A stretch of DNA of 64,000 nt, from contig JAZQYV010000012.1 of the NCBI GenBank assembly GCA_045633705.1, forward strand, positions 18,057-82,056. The letters are read 5' to 3'. The position numbers were made by a program, and so were the translations under genes. This stretch comes from Candidatus Onthoplasma sp. Its GTDB lineage: Bacteria; Bacillota; Clostridia; Christensenellales; UBA1242. Below the pieces are notes generated by a model. The model saw only the letters and a program-made list of their open reading frames with translations, was not told the origin of the DNA and did no database searches. Shown here one piece after another: positions 26,639 to 35,899 of the stretch; positions within the stretch are counted from its first letter, which is position 1; every line of letters starts with the position of its first letter.

Positions 26639-29128
26639 TTATTCATTGATTTCTTGTTCTTCAGTCGCTAATTCTTCAGTTTCTTCATCTTCTTGTCTGT
26701 CAACTACTGATACGGCAACAATTTTACAACCAGAGGTATTCATTAGTTTTACACCAAGAGCTGTACGCCCAACCTCATTAATTTGCTCGGCATGTGTGCG
26801 AATTACAATACCGTTAGATGTCATTGCCAAGATGTCTTGGCCTTCAACTATTGGACATATTGCAACGATGTCACCAGTTTTGTCGTTAAATCTTCCAGCC
26901 TTTGTACCTTTACCCCTACGAGATTGCAGCCTATAATCCTCAACCTTGGTGCGTTTTGCATATCCTAGTTCAGTTACTGTTAAGATGTCCTTGTTAGGGT
27001 CTAACACTATCATATCGATAATCTTTTCACCTTCATCAATCTTCATACCCTTAACACCGCGAGAGCTTCTGCCAAGTGTTCGAACGTCCTTTTCGCTAAA
27101 GCGCACACATTTTCCGTTGTTAGAAGCAATTAATAGCTCATCTTCGCCACTAACAGCCTTAACACTGACAAGTTGGTCGCCTTCCATCAATTTGATGGCT
27201 ATTTTGCCGTTTTTACGCAATAATTCAAACTCTTTCATACTGGTCTTCTTGATATAGCCTTGTTCGGTTGCCATAAACAACGATTGTTTGTCCTTTGCGT
27301 TGTCTACAATAGTGGTAATCTTTTCATCAGTTTGTAGTGGCAATAAATTTATAATTGCGCGGCCCTTTGAAGTTTTCGTTGCTTCTGGAATTGCATAAGC
27401 CTTCATTGTGTAAACCTTTCCAAGATTGGTAAAGAACAACAAATCATCATGACTATTGCAGCTGCCCATTCCAACAATAATATCTTCATCTTTAGCCTTG
27501 TGCCCCACAACACCCTTTCCACCACGATTTTGGCTCTTGTATTCGCTTGCAGGCATACGTTTGATATAGCCTTCTTCGGTAAGTGAAATAACAACTTCGT
27601 GTTTAGCAATCAAATCGCCAATGTCAATATCATCATAATCCAAACTTACTTCACTTTTACGAGGGCGAGCATATTTATCCTTAATCTCCAAAATTTCTTC
27701 ACGGATAATACCTAGAATACGGGCAGGAGATGCAAGAATTTCGCTTAACTCCTTAATTGTTGCACACAACTCTTCAAGTTCTGCATTAAGTTTTTCAACT
27801 TCCAAGCCTGTTAAACGTGATAACTTCATTTCAAGTATTGCATTAGATTGCTTTTCAGACAAATCAAATTTATCTTGCAACTTTTGCATTGCATCTTGCT
27901 TGTCTTTTGACTTTTTAATAATTGCAATTACTTCATCAATATTTCTAACAGCAATTACCAAACCTTCAATTATATGTTCACGTTCTTTTGCCTTTTCAAG
28001 GTCATATGTGGTACGACGTGTTATAACTTCCACTTGGAAATCACGATATTCTTCTAAAATTTGCTTTAAGTTTAATAGTTGTGGTTTGTTGTGCGATAAG
28101 CATAACAATATAATACCATTAGAAACTTGAAGTTGTGACATTTTGTATAATTGATTTAACACAATTTGCGCATTAGCATCTTTCTTAATTTCAATAACAA
28201 TGCGTAGACCATCTTTATCACTTTCATCGCGAATATCACTAATGCCTTCAATACGCTTATCCTTTACAAGATCCGCAATTTGCATAATAAGCTTTGCTTT
28301 GTTTACTTGGTAAGGGATTTCAGTAACAACTATACGATAACGCTTACCATCGCCATAAGTTTCAATTTCAGCACGTGAACGAATAATATATCCACCACGA
28401 CCAGTACGATAAGCTTCCTTAATTGCGCCTAAGCCTAACACTACCCCTCCAGTAGGGAAATCTGGAGCTGGAACAACTTGCATTAGTTCATCAACGCCAA
28501 TTTCAGGATTGTCAATTAGCGCAACCACACCATCAATAACCTCACCAAGATTGTGTGGAGGAATATTTGTTGCCATACCAACCGCAATACCATCACTTCC
28601 ATTTACCAATAAGTTAGGGAAACGGCTTGGTATAACCACTGGTTGCATACGAGTATTATCAAAGTTTGGATAAAAATCAACTGTATCTTTATCAATATCT
28701 CTCAACAACTCGTTAGAAATCTTGCTTAAACGCGCCTCGGTATAACGATATGCCGCTGCTTTATCTCCATCCACCGAACCAAAGTTACCATGACCATCAA
28801 CCAACAATTCGTTAATTGAAAAGTTTTGCGCCAAACGGACCAACGCATCGTAAACAGAACTATCGCCGTGTGGATGATAACGTCCTAACACGTCACCGAC
28901 AATTTTAGCACATTTTCTAAATGGTTTATCACTCCACAAGCCTTCTTCGCTCATAGCATACAAAATACGACGATGTACTGGCTTTAAGCCGTCACGCACG
29001 TCAGGAATTGCGCGTGATACGTTAACAGCCATCGCATAGTCCATAAACGACTCTTTCATTTCATGTTCAAGATTGCGCTCTAAATATCTAGTATTATCTA
29101 TTTTTTCAAATGTTTCACTTTTTTTCAT
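26639..29128 (-). CDS. gyrA: DNA gyrase subunit A
   Basis: [18 protein letters not shown], active-site [10 protein letters not shown], beta-pinwheel C-terminal domain and an acidic tail. Confidence 0.98.
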   Translation of the reverse strand: MKKSETFEKIDNTRYLERNLEHEMKESFMDYAMAVNVSRAIPDVRDGLKPVHRRILYAMSEEGLWSDKPFRKCAKIVGDVLGRYHPHGDSSVYDALVRLAQNFSINELLVDGHGNFGSVDGDKAAAYRYTEARLSKISNELLRDIDKDTVDFYPNFDNTRMQPVVIPSRFPNLLVNGSDGIAVGMATNIPPHNLGEVIDGVVALIDNPEIGVDELMQVVPAPDFPTGGVVLGLGAIKEAYRTGRGGYIIRSRAEIETYGDGKRYRIVVTEIPYQVNKAKLIMQIADLVKDKRIEGISDIRDESDKDGLRIVIEIKKDANAQIVLNQLYKMSQLQVSNGIILLCLSHNKPQLLNLKQILEEYRDFQVEVITRRTTYDLEKAKEREHIIEGLVIAVRNIDEVIAIIKKSKDKQDAMQKLQDKFDLSEKQSNAILEMKLSRLTGLEVEKLNAELEELCATIKELSEILASPARILGIIREEILEIKDKYARPRKSEVSLDYDDIDIGDLIAKHEVVISLTEEGYIKRMPASEYKSQNRGGKGVVGHKAKDEDIIVGMGSCNSHDDLLFFTNLGKVYTMKAYAIPEATKTSKGRAIINLLPLQTDEKITTIVDNAKDKQSLFMATEQGYIKKTSMKEFELLRKNGKIAIKLMEGDQLVSVKAVSGEDELLIASNNGKCVRFSEKDVRTLGRSSRGVKGMKIDEGEKIIDMIVLDPNKDILTVTELGYAKRTKVEDYRLQSRRGKGTKAGRFNDKTGDIVAICPIVEGQDILAMTSNGIVIRTHAEQINEVGRTALGVKLMNTSGCKIVAVSVVDRQEDEETEELATEEQEINE

Positions 29129-29139
29129 AATTCATTTTC

Positions 29140-31095
29140 CTATATATCAAGATTTTTCACTTTGTCAGCATTTTCGTTAATAAAGTCACGTCTTAACTCT
29201 GGACGTTCACCCATTAGCATATCAAATATTTCATTTGCTTGAATTGCGTCATCAATTTTAACTTGAAGAAGTGTACGTGTTTGAGGGTCCATGGTAGTTT
29301 CCCAAAGTTGATCTGGGTCCATTTCGCCAAGACCTTTATAACGCTGCACTTCCGCGCCTTTGCTTCCGTTAAGTTCTAAATCTCTATTTAATTCTTCATC
29401 GCTATAACAATAAGTTGATTTTTTACCACGTTGAACTTTGTATAGTGGAGGTTGAGCAATATAGATATGGCCTCCTTCCACTAACGGACGCATAAATCTA
29501 AAGAAGAATGTTAGTAGCAATATTCTAATATGCGCACCATCTACGTCCGCATCGGTCATACATACAATCTTATCATATCTTAATTTGCTTAAATCACATG
29601 TTTGTCCAATACCACAACCAAATGCTGTAATCATTGCTTGAATTTCAGCATTTTCAAGCGCCTTTGCTTCACGCACCTTTTCAACGTTTAATATTTTACC
29701 TCTTAGTGGCAATATTGCTTGGAAACGACGGTCACGACCTTGTTTTGCGCTTCCGCCAGCCGAATCTCCTTCGACTATAAATATTTCGCACACGCTAGGG
29801 TCCTTTTCACTACAATCTGCAAGCTTTCCAGGCAACGCTGTATTTTCAAGCACCGACTTACGTCTTGTCGCCTCACGTGCATTTCTAGCCGCTTCACGCG
29901 CCTTTTGGCTAAGCAAGCATTTGTTGATTAATTCTTTTGCTTGACGTGGATGTTCTTCCAAATATATTTCCAATGCCTCACTTACAGCCTTGGTTGTATA
30001 AGTTCTAATTTCGTCATTACCCAACTTGGTTTTTGTTTGACCTTCAAATTGAGGTTCTTCCACCTTTACACTAATAACCGCAACAAGACCTTCACGAGTA
30101 TCTTCACCACTTAGCTTTTGAGTGTCTTTCACAAGTTTGTTGGCAATAGCATAATCATTAACCACTTTTGCAACTGCCGATTTAAATCCTTCTAAGTGCT
30201 TTCCACCTTCTTCAGTACGGATATTGTTGGCATAAGTGTGAATATTTTCACTATAGCTATCAATGTATTGGAAGCTTGCTTCAATTTCGCATTGTGCTGG
30301 CACCATTTCGCCATTTTCATTTTTGCGCTTGTATGAATAAATCTTGTCTACATAAATAGGTGCATCAAATACATTTTCCTTGGTTGATGTTAATTCGCCA
30401 ACAAATTCGTTGATACCGCCTTCAAATACGTAGTTGTCAACTTGCTCTTGACCTTCGCGTTGGTCTTCAATGCGGATTTTTAAACCTTTATTTAAGAAAG
30501 CCAACTCACGAAGACGAACTTTAAGCGTATCATAATTGAATATGGTTGTATCAAATATTTGGTCATCTGGCATAAATGTTACACTTGTACCAGTTTTTTC
30601 AATTTTGCCAACCACCTCAAGTCTACCAGTTGGTCTACCACGATGATATTCTTGGTGATAATGTTCGCCCTTTTGGAAGATATCAAGTAGCAATGTGCTA
30701 GATAGCGCATTAACAACCGACAAACCAACGCCGTGCAAACCACCAGATATCTTGTATCCGCCACCACCAAACTTACCACCGGCATGCAACTTTGTCAACA
30801 CCAACTCTGCCGCACTAACGCCTTCCTTTGGATGAATTCCTGTAGGGATTCCGCGCCCATTATCTATTACTTGCACTGAGCCATCTTTAAGGATTGTAAC
30901 ACTAATCTCGGTACAATAGCCTGCAAGAGCCTCGTCAATACTGTTATCTACAATTTCAGTTACCAAGTGATGAAGTCCACGCTCATCAGTAGAACCAATG
31001 TACATGCCAGGACGTTTACGCACTGGCTCTAACCCTTCTAATACTTGAATATTACTCTCATCATAACTGGTAACTTTGCTTAATTCATCTGCCAT
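29140..31095 (-). CDS. gyrB: DNA gyrase subunit B
   Basis: GHKL ATPase HLVTEIVDNSIDEA, Toprim EGDSAGG and PLRGKILNVE. Confidence 0.98.
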   Translation of the reverse strand: MADELSKVTSYDESNIQVLEGLEPVRKRPGMYIGSTDERGLHHLVTEIVDNSIDEALAGYCTEISVTILKDGSVQVIDNGRGIPTGIHPKEGVSAAELVLTKLHAGGKFGGGGYKISGGLHGVGLSVVNALSSTLLLDIFQKGEHYHQEYHRGRPTGRLEVVGKIEKTGTSVTFMPDDQIFDTTIFNYDTLKVRLRELAFLNKGLKIRIEDQREGQEQVDNYVFEGGINEFVGELTSTKENVFDAPIYVDKIYSYKRKNENGEMVPAQCEIEASFQYIDSYSENIHTYANNIRTEEGGKHLEGFKSAVAKVVNDYAIANKLVKDTQKLSGEDTREGLVAVISVKVEEPQFEGQTKTKLGNDEIRTYTTKAVSEALEIYLEEHPRQAKELINKCLLSQKAREAARNAREATRRKSVLENTALPGKLADCSEKDPSVCEIFIVEGDSAGGSAKQGRDRRFQAILPLRGKILNVEKVREAKALENAEIQAMITAFGCGIGQTCDLSKLRYDKIVCMTDADVDGAHIRILLLTFFFRFMRPLVEGGHIYIAQPPLYKVQRGKKSTYCYSDEELNRDLELNGSKGAEVQRYKGLGEMDPDQLWETTMDPQTRTLLQVKIDDAIQANEIFDMLMGERPELRRDFINENADKVKNLDI

Positions 31096-31263
31096 AATTT
31101 ACTCCTAAAAAATATCAAGACAAACCTTATTAAGTTCAATCTTTTGGGATATTATTCCCTAAACAAACTAAACTTAATCCAGTTTCTCTATATATTAAAT
31201 ATATTATAGCATATTTATTAATATAATAAAAGTATTTTGCGCCAAAAACTTTGCAAAACGCAA

Positions 31264-31300
31264 CAAAAAATCCACAAAAAATGTCTCTTTTGTGGATAAA
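31264..31300 (-). terminator. terminator hairpin with DnaA-box stem (copy A)
   Basis: Minus strand TTATCCACAAAA-loop-TTTTGTGGAT followed by TTTTTT. Perfect DnaA box at 31291-31299. Confidence 0.65.
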
Positions 31301-31311
31301 TCAACTTTAAA

Positions 31312-31731
31312 TTATAGCTCCGAGCCCATTGATAAGTTATGTATATCTTCGGTTATTAGTTCATCAATAATTTCCAATACCTCAAGGTATTTTTCACCAT
31401 CGATTATTCCCAACATAAAGTCAGCCTTAGCCTTGCGCAATTTAGTTACAACTTCTTCAATGTAATTCTCGTCAAATATTGTTGGATGTGAACTCGCACC
31501 AAACTTTAGATGATACATTATTTGCACTAGCAATTCATCACCCTTATAAACCCCCATAAGCATAACAAATTCATCATCAAAATTATTCCTTTCTTCAATC
31601 GCCTCAACACGCTCAGCAATAATGCGTTTGCTTAACGATTTTTTGCCCTTATTATTAGACTTTGTTTGTGCACGATTAAACTGTTCTCTTCTTAATTTTA
31701 CCTTGCCAACATTTGTATTATACACTTTCAT
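31312..31731 (-). CDS. hypothetical protein
   Basis: 139-aa ORF with a basic N-terminus and an acidic helical C-terminal half. No recognised domain. Confidence 0.5.
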   Translation of the reverse strand: MKVYNTNVGKVKLRREQFNRAQTKSNNKGKKSLSKRIIAERVEAIEERNNFDDEFVMLMGVYKGDELLVQIMYHLKFGASSHPTIFDENYIEEVVTKLRKAKADFMLGIIDGEKYLEVLEIIDELITEDIHNLSMGSEL

Positions 31732-31786
31732 AATTTTCTCCTAAATATAGTGCCATTATATCACACATTAATCCGCTTGTAAATAG

Positions 31787-31822
31787 CAAAAATCCACAAA
31801 CTTATAACATTTGTGGATTAAT
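31787..31822 (-). terminator. terminator hairpin with DnaA-box-like stem (copy B)
   Basis: Minus strand TAATCCACAAA-loop-TTTGTGGAT followed by TTTTT. Confidence 0.65.
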
Positions 31823-31836
31823 TTAATTGTATAAAA

Positions 31837-32313
31837 TTAATTGTCAAATTCGTCACAAATCTTTTGAAGATTTTCGCTAATTAAAATCAAACTATCATAA
31901 AATATTTTTCGGTCATGGTCGCTTAACCCTACGCTAGCCAGGTCAACATAACTATCTACTTTTTGAACCAATTTTTCAGCTGCAAATTTGCCTTTTTCGG
32001 TTAAAAATAACGGGCTTTTATATCGTTTTTCAGTCTTTGATTCGCAAGCCAAAAAGCCTTCAGCTTCCAAATATTTTATAGCACGCGAAACCGCTGCCTT
32101 ATCTTCATCGCAAGCATCGCATAACTCTTTTGCAGTCAACTGGTTATTATTTTTGTACAAATAGTATAAACACGAAACATGAGATGTTTTTAAATTAAAC
32201 TCCGACATCTCTTCACTTTTAAGTTTTTGAATACAACGATTAATTTTTGATATCAATATAGTAAAGGTTTCAAATCGCTTTTCCATAATTTTCTCCGCAA
32301 ATAATTTTATCAC
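31837..32313 (-). CDS. MarR family transcriptional regulator
   Basis: Winged-helix segment LTAKELCDACDEDKAAVSRAIKYLEAEGFL, 158 aa. Confidence 0.85.
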   Translation of the reverse strand: MIKLFAEKIMEKRFETFTILISKINRCIQKLKSEEMSEFNLKTSHVSCLYYLYKNNNQLTAKELCDACDEDKAAVSRAIKYLEAEGFLACESKTEKRYKSPLFLTEKGKFAAEKLVQKVDSYVDLASVGLSDHDRKIFYDSLILISENLQKICDEFDN

Positions 32314-32401
32314 TTTAAATATTTATTGTCAACCAATAAAATTTAATTGACATACAAAAAATAGATATCATAAATGTTATTGATATCTATTTTCTATGTA
32401 T

Positions 32402-33082
32402 TTACGCACTCTTTTTGTTTAAGAATGTAAATGTTCCATAAACTAATGCACTAATAATACTGATTACTAGCATAGCAGGTTGATATACACCAACACTAAC
32501 GCTAGCACTTATCTTAGCCAATCCTGCAAGTGTTGGAACCATTGGAAGCACTTGTGTTGCACCAGCCTCAGTCAACTTAGCAGTTAATCCTGCAGCAAAC
32601 TTCCCTCTTGCTTGTAAGATTGCAGCGCCAGATGTTTCCATAGCATTTGCATATGCATTAGATGAAATAAGCAATCCAATTGTAGCAACTAATAGTAGTA
32701 CAAATAAGCAAATTCCTACGATATCAAAAATCTTGCTTTCACGCTTAATTGCATTCAAGTTCTTTAATAGCACAACAATTGCGTATACTATTAATAAAAT
32801 TGAAACAATTAAAGTGATGATTGCAAAAACTTTCATTATCATAAACTCTTTGCCAATTCCTGCCAATTTTGCTTGATCATACAATTCACCATCAGTAAGA
32901 ACCTTAAATCCTTTAGCAGCACTTTCAAAACTTTGACTAGGATCCATACCTAATTGACTTTGCAATGCGCTTGCATCAATCTTTCCAACAGCTTTCATAC
33001 CTGTACAAGCAGACAATGCCAAACCACAAACACCAGCAACAAAGCTAATTATGCAACTAGCCCATTTCTTTAAAAATGTCAT
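32402..33082 (-). CDS. hypothetical membrane protein (first gene of the MarR operon)
   Basis: N-terminal signal/TM with a possible lipobox (LSAC), two central TM helices and a C-terminal TM helix. Confidence 0.55.
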   Translation of the reverse strand: MTFLKKWASCIISFVAGVCGLALSACTGMKAVGKIDASALQSQLGMDPSQSFESAAKGFKVLTDGELYDQAKLAGIGKEFMIMKVFAIITLIVSILLIVYAIVVLLKNLNAIKRESKIFDIVGICLFVLLLVATIGLLISSNAYANAMETSGAAILQARGKFAAGLTAKLTEAGATQVLPMVPTLAGLAKISASVSVGVYQPAMLVISIISALVYGTFTFLNKKSA

Positions 33083-33174
33083 ACCCTTCCTCCTTTTACA
33101 AATTTATGCCAACAAATCAACAAATATAACCAATTAAACTTGCCGCATGTTGAAAAGCAAAGCTAATGATTACA

Positions 33175-33231
33175 CTTGTTGATTTGTCAACAGGATTAGT
33201 ATAATATATATCTTGTTGATTTGTCAACAAG
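33175..33231. promoter_or_regulatory. tandem 20-bp palindromic operator over a minus-strand promoter
   Basis: CTTGTTGAtttgTCAACA(A)G occurs at 33175-33193 and 33212-33231. On the minus strand the upstream copy contains the -35 TTGACA (33222-33227), a TATACT -10 lies at 33198-33203, and the second copy covers the predicted start site. Confidence 0.6.
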
Positions 33232-33265
33232 TTTTTAACACTTTACGCAAAATCCTTTAAAAACA

Positions 33266-33305
33266 TTAAAAAATCCACAAATCTTTTACAACTTGTGGAT
33301 AAATT
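33266..33305 (-). terminator. metG terminator hairpin with DnaA-box stem (copy C)
   Basis: Minus strand TTATCCACAA-loop-TTGTGGAT followed by TTTTTT. Perfect DnaA box at 33294-33302. Confidence 0.65.
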
Positions 33306-33318
33306 ATTTTTTGTTTAT

Positions 33319-35325
33319 TTAGCAGCACTCGCTTCCATCCGCGATAATGTCTTTTTCAGGGCTTAATAGTGAGATGTTACCAATTTCATCTTCGGCACAC
33401 ACAATCATACCCTCGCTTAAATAACCTTTCATTTCACGTGGTGGAAGATTGGTTACCACAACCACCTTTTTGCCAACCATTTGCTCTGGCGTATATGCCT
33501 TTGCAATACCACTTAGTATTGAAAGTGTTTTAGTTCCAACCCTTACAGTTGAGTGTAATAGTTTTGATTTTGGCACTGCTTCACAGGCAATAACTTGGCC
33601 TATTTTCATTTGTACTTTTGCAAAGTCATCAATAGTAATTGGTTCTGCTTCCTTAAACTCTATAACTGGTGCATTTTCAGCCTTTTGACGCGCAACAATG
33701 TCGTCAATTGTTGGCTTAATATCTTCGAATTTAATACGATTAAATAATATTTGTGGATTGTTTGTAACATTAAATTCTTCGGTTAATCCAAAATTATCAA
33801 TATCAGCAAAATCACGTGCAGTTACACCCAACTCGCCAAATATTTTATTTGCGGTTTCAGGCATAAATGGAGCAAGCAAATTTGCACCAATATTAATTGC
33901 TTCAAGCAAATTAAATAGCACGGTTGAAAGGCGTTCACTCTTGCTTTCGTCCTTATTTAAATTCCAAGGTTCGGTTTCGTCAATATATTTGTTGGCACGT
34001 CTAAACACAAGCCACAATTCTTCAAGCGCATCAGCAATTTTATACTCGTTAATTTTAGCAAACACCTTTTCTTTTGCACTGGTTACAATGGCTTTCAAAT
34101 CTTCATCCATTGTGTCGGCAATATTATAATTCTTAACCTTTCCATTAAAATATTGATTGCTCATGCTTAATGTGCGTCTAACAAGGTTACCCATTACATT
34201 ACTTAGATCAGAGTTGTTCTTCTCGGTCAATAGCTCCCATGTAATTGTTCCATCTGACACAAATGGCATTTCTCTAAGAACATAATAACGCACACTATCT
34301 ACACCAAAAATTGATGCCAAGTCATCAAAGTACAATACATTACCTTTAGATTTACTCATCTTTTCGCCACCTTGAAGTAGCCAAGGATGCCCCAACACTT
34401 GTTTAGGCAATTCCTCGCCCATAGCCATTAGGAAAATTGGCCAATAAATAGTGTGGAAACGCACAATATCTTTACCCACAACATGAACATCTGCTGGCCA
34501 TAACTTTTTGTATTGCTCGCTTGGATTTTCAGTATCATAACCAATACCTGTAATATAGTTGTTTAACGCATCAAGCCATACATATACAACGTGCTTGTTA
34601 TCGAATTCAACCGGAATTCCCCAAGTAAATGTGCTACGACTTACACACAAATCTTGAAGTTTGGTTTTAATTGTTCCATTTTCAATAGCTTCAAGCAATT
34701 CTTCATCACTCTTACCAATAAACTCATCAGCAAGTATAAAGTTGTTTAACATCTCGTTTTTTCGCGTTGTAGGAGTCATAAATTCTGGATTAGTAATAAT
34801 ATGCTTTAAAAGTCTGTTTGCATAATTGCTCATCTTAAAGAAATATGCTTCTTCTTGACTAGGTTTTACTTCACGACCACAATCTGGGCACTTGCCGTCA
34901 ATCAATTGACTTTCAGTCCAAAAACTTTCACAAGGCGTACAATATAATCCTTCATAATGCCCTTTATAAATATCGCCCTGCTCATAGAACTTTTTAAATA
35001 TCTTTTGCACACATTTTTCGTGGTTCTCATCAGTTGTGCGAATAAATTTATCGTACGAAATATTCATAAAGTCCCAAAGCGCCTTTATATCTCCCGCAAT
35101 ATTGTCAACAAAAGCTTTAGGTGTTAAACCCTTTTCTTTTGCCTTCATTTCAATCTTTTCACCATGCTCGTCCGTTCCTGTCATAAAGAAAACATCATAC
35201 CCTTGCATTCGCTTTGCACGCGCTATAGCGTCCGACAAAATAATCTCATATGTATTCCCAATATGAGGCTTGCCCGAAGTATAGGCAATAGCAGTTGTAA
35301 TATAAAATTTTTCTTTATTTTCCAT
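33319..35325 (-). CDS. metG: methionine--tRNA ligase with C-terminal tRNA-binding domain
   Basis: HIGH-like PHIGN, KMSKS, Zn knuckle CTPC...CPDC and a C-terminal EMAPII-like OB domain. Confidence 0.97.
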   Translation of the reverse strand: MENKEKFYITTAIAYTSGKPHIGNTYEIILSDAIARAKRMQGYDVFFMTGTDEHGEKIEMKAKEKGLTPKAFVDNIAGDIKALWDFMNISYDKFIRTTDENHEKCVQKIFKKFYEQGDIYKGHYEGLYCTPCESFWTESQLIDGKCPDCGREVKPSQEEAYFFKMSNYANRLLKHIITNPEFMTPTTRKNEMLNNFILADEFIGKSDEELLEAIENGTIKTKLQDLCVSRSTFTWGIPVEFDNKHVVYVWLDALNNYITGIGYDTENPSEQYKKLWPADVHVVGKDIVRFHTIYWPIFLMAMGEELPKQVLGHPWLLQGGEKMSKSKGNVLYFDDLASIFGVDSVRYYVLREMPFVSDGTITWELLTEKNNSDLSNVMGNLVRRTLSMSNQYFNGKVKNYNIADTMDEDLKAIVTSAKEKVFAKINEYKIADALEELWLVFRRANKYIDETEPWNLNKDESKSERLSTVLFNLLEAINIGANLLAPFMPETANKIFGELGVTARDFADIDNFGLTEEFNVTNNPQILFNRIKFEDIKPTIDDIVARQKAENAPVIEFKEAEPITIDDFAKVQMKIGQVIACEAVPKSKLLHSTVRVGTKTLSILSGIAKAYTPEQMVGKKVVVVTNLPPREMKGYLSEGMIVCAEDEIGNISLLSPEKDIIADGSECC

Positions 35326-35335
35326 AATTTTCTCC

Positions 35336-35872
35336 TTATTTTGTTAAATCAGTTTCAAGCATTTCATAATACCCAACATTGTAGTATTTATCAAATCTCA
35401 CTTCGTGGTCACGGATTGTTCCAACATAGGTCATTCCACATTTTTCCATAACCCTACCACTAGCTGGATTAATACCAAAATATCTTGCAATAATGCTATG
35501 TAATCCCAAATTTTTAAAACCATATTCTAGCATTGCCTTTGCAGCCTCAGTGGCAATACCTTGTTTCCAGTATTTTCTGCCAACCCAATAGCCCATTTCG
35601 CCACGTTTAGCCACTGGATTAATATCCATCAACGATACACAGCCTATTACCTTATCTGGATTTTCTTTAAAACAAATTGCAAATTCATAAGATGTTCCAC
35701 TCTCAGCCCTTGCAGGTTGCTTTGAAATCCAACCTTTAGCCATTTCTTCAGTATAGGGCCAAGGCATGCCTAATGTTGTTTTAACAACTTCATAATCATT
35801 GCAACACTCATAAACATCTTTAGCATCATCTAGTGTAAACTTTCTTATAATCAATCTTTCAGTTTGCATCAT
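35336..35872 (-). CDS. GNAT N-acetyltransferase (RimJ/RimL-like)
   Basis: TERLIIRKFTLDD start typical of the RimJ/L subfamily, plus an acetyl-CoA motif WKQGIATEA. Confidence 0.85.
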   Translation of the reverse strand: MMQTERLIIRKFTLDDAKDVYECCNDYEVVKTTLGMPWPYTEEMAKGWISKQPARAESGTSYEFAICFKENPDKVIGCVSLMDINPVAKRGEMGYWVGRKYWKQGIATEAAKAMLEYGFKNLGLHSIIARYFGINPASGRVMEKCGMTYVGTIRDHEVRFDKYYNVGYYEMLETDLTK

Positions 35873-35899
35873 AATCCTTCTCCTTCCCTTGTTATATGT

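Noticed and set aside
8571-33305. Considered whether the DnaA boxes together with gyrB-gyrA mark the chromosomal origin (oriC).
   Set aside because: There is no dnaA, dnaN or recF in the window. The boxes are dispersed and mostly embedded in terminator hairpins. I saw no AT-rich unwinding element adjacent to a dense box array.
33319-35335. Looked for T-box leaders upstream of metG and argS.
   Set aside because: Both genes start within about 10 nt of an upstream co-directional gene, so there is no room for a leader.
26583-35451. Many 60-143-aa track ORFs antisense to or out of frame within gyrA, gyrB and metG (for example 33698-34129, 26946-27257, 35164-35451).
   Set aside because: They lie entirely inside well-supported long CDSs on the other strand or frame, lack SDs and have skewed low-complexity composition. 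The same reasoning applies to similar shadow ORFs elsewhere in the track.
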